From assembly GCA_003144275.1 (NCBI GenBank), contig NJBF01000037.1:6818-38817 (forward strand): a stretch of 32,000 bases of DNA, given 5' to 3'. The DNA is from Candidatus Heimdallarchaeota archaeon B3_Heim (GTDB lineage: Archaea > Asgardarchaeota > Heimdallarchaeia > Hodarchaeales > Hodarchaeaceae). Shown piece by piece: positions 27,447 to 32,000 of this stretch. Within the stretch, counting starts at the first letter, position 1. The number at the start of each line of letters is the position of its first letter. The position numbers were made by a program, and so were the translations under genes. The notes beneath the pieces were generated by a model, which saw nothing but the letters and a program-made list of their open reading frames with translations, did no database searches and was not told the origin of the DNA.

Positions 27447-27552
27447 TTTAAAGTTCCTCTTTACTTTTTATCTCCCTCAAATAAATTTTAGAGCAAATCT
27501 AGTACCGCAAGTGCTAAAAACACAATAAACATTCAAGTGAACGATAAGAGTT

Positions 27553-28371
27553 TTAATTTTGATCAATCTCTATTTTTTTTGCTACATAAATAATAGAAAA
27601 TGGAATAATCTGATTTATTCTTGTGAATTGCTCATCTATTCTCTTATTATGATAGGCAACTTCTTCAAGGTCGATTGTCTTCAATTCTTCAATTGTATAT
27701 CCCCTTGGTTCAATCACTCTCTCTAGGATTAACCCGTTCTTTAAGAGTCCATTTACAAATTCTTCATAACGATGAGCTCTATCACTAAATGTAGCAATTG
27801 GAGTTTTCGTATTATCAATCCAATCCCAAGTTGAAGGTTCCGAACCAAAGTAAGATTGTACTTTTTTAATTGAATCTTCCTCTAGTGCTTCCCACAGAAC
27901 ATACTGGAGGGGGTGTATTGTACAAAGAACCACTCGCCCGTTTAAACGGAGAATACGGCTAATTTCAGATAACACATTCTCAATATTACTTACATAACTG
28001 ATTGCGTGAACTGAAACAACTAAATCAAAGGAAGCATTCTGTAATGAGGAAAGATTCTCCATATCTCCGTGAAGAAAGGTTATATTGGCTTTTTCTCTAG
28101 AAGCTAATAATCGAGCGTGATTTAGTTGTTGTTCTGAGATGTCTAAGGCTGCAACATTCTTAGCTCCCATTTTTGCAAGCACAATTGCTATTTGACCTCC
28201 CCCACATCCTAGTTCAATGACATCTAAACCTTTTACATCTCCTATTACATTAAGTTCCTTCTCACCTGGGCTATATGGGGCATAATGAATATCATCTAGT
28301 GAAATACTTGTGCTTAACTGATAATATTCGCTCAGTTTATCCCAAGATTGTCTATTATTCTCATTTGACAA
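27553..28371 (-). CDS. Class I SAM-dependent methyltransferase
   Basis: VIELGCGGG; LDISEQQL; SFDLVVS; RILRLNG. Confidence 0.92.
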   Translation of the reverse strand: MSNENNRQSWDKLSEYYQLSTSISLDDIHYAPYSPGEKELNVIGDVKGLDVIELGCGGGQIAIVLAKMGAKNVAALDISEQQLNHARLLASREKANITFLHGDMENLSSLQNASFDLVVSVHAISYVSNIENVLSEISRILRLNGRVVLCTIHPLQYVLWEALEEDSIKKVQSYFGSEPSTWDWIDNTKTPIATFSDRAHRYEEFVNGLLKNGLILERVIEPRGYTIEELKTIDLEEVAYHNKRIDEQFTRINQIIPFSIIYVAKKIEIDQN

Positions 28372-28383
28372 GGGAACACCTTC

Positions 28384-29733
28384 CTACACGCGATCCAAAA
28401 CCCTTTCCAGAATATTTAGAAGTGTTTCTACATCTTCTTTCGTGGTGTAGCGATCTTGCGATCGATGGAGTAATCCATTCCTGTGTTGACGAATAAATTT
28501 TAATGATTTATTTTCTTGGACTGTCAGCAGTCGTTCCCGTAATAAGCTATTTACAATTGATAACCACGATTGATCATCTTTTGGATAGGCATCGCGTTTC
28601 CAAAGGGCATGCCGGAATAGTGATTCTACTGATCTCCAAAGGAACAAAAAAGTCGAGATTTGTTCGTCATTGGTGCTTTCTTCCCAGCGTTCTAGCTTTT
28701 TTCTTGTATATAAAATATCAATTTTGATAGATTCAGTTTCTTCTTCCGTTGATACAAGTTCTTCAATTACACCGGTTATTTCCTGACCAAGATAAAATTG
28801 TAATTCGAGCTCTTTCCTTTTTTCTGGAGAAAGATCCATCTTACTAAGCATTAGAGAATACTGTTTCAAAACTAGTGTTTTTGCAACTTCTCTCTGGGAG
28901 AACTCACGAATTTCCTCATTTAGCGGTGATTCTATAAATTCGAAATACAATTTGGAAACAAGATCCCAGTTGCCAGCTAGTTTTCGTCCTAAACGGTCTT
29001 CTAATGGAAATTTTCTGAGAGATTCAAGCTCTATGTGGCGGGATTGATCATTAAAAGTTTCACTATGTGCCGTAACTACAAGATTATAGGATAACTGATT
29101 TATCAAGCTTGTGACAATCCTCCTGGAATGAAGAAACAAGAAACCTGATACAAATACGAATGAAAGAAACATTAAGCCAAAAAAGAACACATTTTGGAGA
29201 TTTATAATTTGATCTATATAAAGAAAATCAAGATCGATAGAAGAGTAATGAAGGTAAGCTATTGTAGTAGTGTTAAGAACATTTATTAATCCAAAAGAAA
29301 TTGAAAAGAGGAATAGGGTTTCTCGAAAAGAACACAATCGTTCATTGGGTATTGCGTCGTTTCTGGTAAAATAAGGATCAATGTATCCTCGTCTAAACAC
29401 ATTTTTTAATTCCGGAAGAAGGATCAATCTAATATTTTGCCTTAAGTCTTCTTTAATATTCGCTTCAAGATGGATAGAATCGAGATAGAATATTTTGTCT
29501 AGATCCTCAGATAGTTCTTTGTGATACTTTTCTGCTGCTTTAGTAACCTTCAGGATAATGTAAGGGCTATAAACGTAAAACATATAGGAGGGAAAAACTA
29601 GAAATAGTGCAGGTAGAAAGAGAAATAGTTCGACTCTATTCGCCATGAAAAAAAGGTATGCTTCAATCAATCCTATTTCATACATAAATGGAAAAAGTAT
29701 TCCAATAACAAATCGATTTTCACGTAAAGTCAC
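28384..29733 (-). CDS. Membrane protein with C-terminal HEPN-like domain
   Basis: About 4 N-terminal TM segments; C-terminal FLFLWRSVE...IRQHRNGLLH (R-x4-H). Confidence 0.65.
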   Translation of the reverse strand: MTLRENRFVIGILFPFMYEIGLIEAYLFFMANRVELFLFLPALFLVFPSYMFYVYSPYIILKVTKAAEKYHKELSEDLDKIFYLDSIHLEANIKEDLRQNIRLILLPELKNVFRRGYIDPYFTRNDAIPNERLCSFRETLFLFSISFGLINVLNTTTIAYLHYSSIDLDFLYIDQIINLQNVFFFGLMFLSFVFVSGFLFLHSRRIVTSLINQLSYNLVVTAHSETFNDQSRHIELESLRKFPLEDRLGRKLAGNWDLVSKLYFEFIESPLNEEIREFSQREVAKTLVLKQYSLMLSKMDLSPEKRKELELQFYLGQEITGVIEELVSTEEETESIKIDILYTRKKLERWEESTNDEQISTFLFLWRSVESLFRHALWKRDAYPKDDQSWLSIVNSLLRERLLTVQENKSLKFIRQHRNGLLHRSQDRYTTKEDVETLLNILERVLDRV

Positions 29734-31436
29734 AGGTCTCTCAATTCCGTGGTAATTTTTTCAGAATGTTTTACTTTATAGTGACGTCCTAAACTGAATA
29801 GGACAGTAAGTACAATCAAATACATAAGTACTAGTATTGATACCAGCATCAAATTAATGACGGGGAATGAGTACGCCCAAAGAAGTGTGACTACAGACAA
29901 TAGCATTATCATCATAAGAGCGATAAGGAACGTCTTTCTGATCACTTGGCCTTCAATCCCAATTTGATCAATGGTGGCGGCCGCATTTTGAACTTTAGCC
30001 GGAGTTATAACACTTGCTAATCCTCCTCCTACACCATTTGCAGTAGCAATCGTCATAGGATCTAAACCTAAAGCATTACTAGTTTTAACATGGTAACGGG
30101 TAAACATTACAATGGAAGAAGTCTCACTGCCAGAAACAAATCCACCAAAAAATCCTATCAAAGGAACCAAAAGAGGAAAGATAATTCCAAAGTTCGTCGA
30201 GGTGAAATCTGAAAGAATTGCTACCATGTTGAGTGAGGGATTATTTGGGGCAGAATTATTGAGTATCCAAGCGACTGCAAAAAAAGAAGCTGAGGAGATC
30301 ATTGGTCGAACTGCACGTTTCCGAAATACTGATAGTGTTTTTTTCAACATTTGTCAGTCGGTAGGAATGATAAGAAATGATACTGCCACAGCGAGCATTA
30401 CCCAGGTGTAGGCTTGCCAAAGAAGACGTGTTTTGATAGTAAATTGACCTATTTGAACTGGAAAAGTCAATGTATTAAAAAGAAGATTAAATACCGAAGG
30501 AATTAGATTTGTTAAACACGCAAAAATAATTAAGAGGATCCATGGAGAAAATGCCCTTCGTAATGATATTTGTTCCTCTATATGACGATCTTCTTCCGAT
30601 AAACTTGTTCGATTAATTATAGGGTACCCCTGACTTAAAGCAAAAAGTCCTAGTACAATAATAACAGCAATTCCTGAGAGAATTCCAGTCAAAGTAACAA
30701 TCCCAAGAAAATTCGAAATAACTGCAGTTACCCCTGCAGTGGTTCCCGTTAATACAGCAATAATAATCGATTGAGGATCTTTCATCATTTTCCAACCCCC
30801 TGCTAAGAATAACATTGATAATGCTATCCCAGTGGAAATTAAAGGCATATACAAACTGAAAGTCATTCCTACTTCTTGGAGTGTTGGAGCAGATGATTGA
30901 AGAATGCCAAGTTCAGATAAGGTATTCATTTCTCCTGTAAACACGACAGCTGGAATCGCAAGTAATGCATATGTTGTTAATGGATCATAACCAATCGCAG
31001 GTAAGGCTACAGCAACAACTGGTGGAAATCCCAGAGCTATCATGATTGGAGGTAATATAGATACTGGGGTGGCCCCAATAGCTACCAGAAAGCATCCAAA
31101 ACCGAAGTTTAAGAACAGAATTTGCCAAGCAGGATGAGAACCTTTCAATGTCTTTATGAAAATTATTATACGTTTTAGAGCCCCAGTTTCTCCCATATAA
31201 GTAATCATAAAGATTGATGCTCCAACCATTAGAGTTATTTTAAATGAGTCTACAACTCCCGCTAATGAAATTGTCAATATATCAGGAATTGTTGTTGAAA
31301 GAATATAAGCAATTAAGGAAATAAACAACCAGACTAATATTCCCGTCGTGTCCGCTTTCCACTTTTTTACAACAAGTAGGTAGATTGCTAAAGCAAAAGG
31401 AGAAAGAATGAGCATAAATTGCAGTAAATCAGTCAT
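29730..31436 (-). pseudogene. lctP: L-lactate permease family transporter interrupted by one in-frame TGA (30354-30356)
   Basis: Two same-frame ORFs (...IIPTD TGA QMLKKT...) join to 568 positions; GFFGGFVSGSETSS, ANGVGGGLASVITPAK, ALPAIGYDP motifs. Confidence 0.85.
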
Positions 31437-31660
31437 ATTATGTCAGTTCCTTTTTTAAAGATGTTTACAGAGTCCACTATTCGTCATCTTATAATTTGTG
31501 TTATACTATTCTTTGGGAGAAATCGATTGTTAACATATCGAGTATATGAAATAGCTGATGTCTTTTGAAAAGCTATAAACAAACTTCAGAACCTCAAAAA
31601 ACCCTACAACAAGAACAAGGCTTAAATAGGAGAAAAAAATAGTAAATCAATGTGGAACTA

Positions 31661-31670
31661 TTATATAAAT
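31661..31670 (+). promoter_or_regulatory. TATA box of the second histone gene
   Basis: TTATATAAAT ~38 bp upstream of the ATG; AAGGTGA RBS. Confidence 0.55.
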
Positions 31671-31707
31671 CCACGAAAAATATCATTTGAGAAAAGGTGA
31701 AATAAAA

Positions 31708-31911
31708 ATGGCAGGATTTGCACGTGCAAGAGTTGAAAATTTGATTCGTACCGCAGGCGCTTTTAGAGTATCTGCTGGCGCAATTGATCGTCTTAATGAA
31801 GTGTTAACTGATTACGCTATGAGTATGGCAAAATATGCTGTAGACATTGCAAAGCACTCCGGAAGGAAGACTGTCAAGGAATCAGACATTAAACTCGCAG
31901 CAACCAAGTAA
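31708..31911 (+). CDS. Archaeal histone (HMf-like), 67 aa, paralog of 13011-13214
   Basis: FARARVENLIRTAGAFRVS...KHSGRKTVKESDIKLA; 53 of 67 residues identical to the first histone. Confidence 0.95.
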   Translation: MAGFARARVENLIRTAGAFRVSAGAIDRLNEVLTDYAMSMAKYAVDIAKHSGRKTVKESDIKLAATK

Positions 31912-32000
31912 AGAATATCTCTTTACTAAAATTTCATAAGGAGGAGTCTCTTTCTCTCTCTTTTCTTCTTAGTTTATTACGTTTTTTATCTATAAATAAC

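Noticed and set aside
1-32000. CRISPR array, tRNA/rRNA, DGR or autonomous transposase
   Set aside because: No regularly spaced repeats, cloverleaf, reverse transcriptase or DDE/HUH/recombinase ORF seen; differences between the two element copies are not adenine-specific

Overview
AT-rich archaeal window. Gene content points to an Asgard archaeon (inference; Heimdallarchaeia-like): two tail-less histones, longin-like domains, and a PGF-CTERM-like surface protein. The centrepiece is a minus-strand gene cluster at about 16.6-23.3 kb. It encodes two acidic-tailed ubiquitin-like proteins ending in a single-glycine STAG motif, a UBA3/UBA2-like E1, an E2, a JAMM isopeptidase and a ~6-TM membrane RING-H2 E3. 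It continues with an apparently related membrane protein, a Lys/Pro-rich repeat protein and a membrane zinc-ribbon protein. A divergent tandem ribbon-helix-helix gene with 9-bp repeats in the shared promoter region sits at its head. Two copies of an unassigned ~355-359 bp non-autonomous element, flanked by CATG and carrying palindromic subterminal TTGTCNGACAA motifs, disrupt a methyltransferase and a surface protein and bracket a histone gene in inverted orientation. Also present are a 1464-aa Ig-repeat/TM/longin-like receptor-type protein, a membrane-anchored HEPN protein, a lactate permease split by one in-frame TGA, and housekeeping genes. No rRNA, tRNA, CRISPR array or transposase was recognised. 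All family calls come from motif recognition by eye, not database searches.
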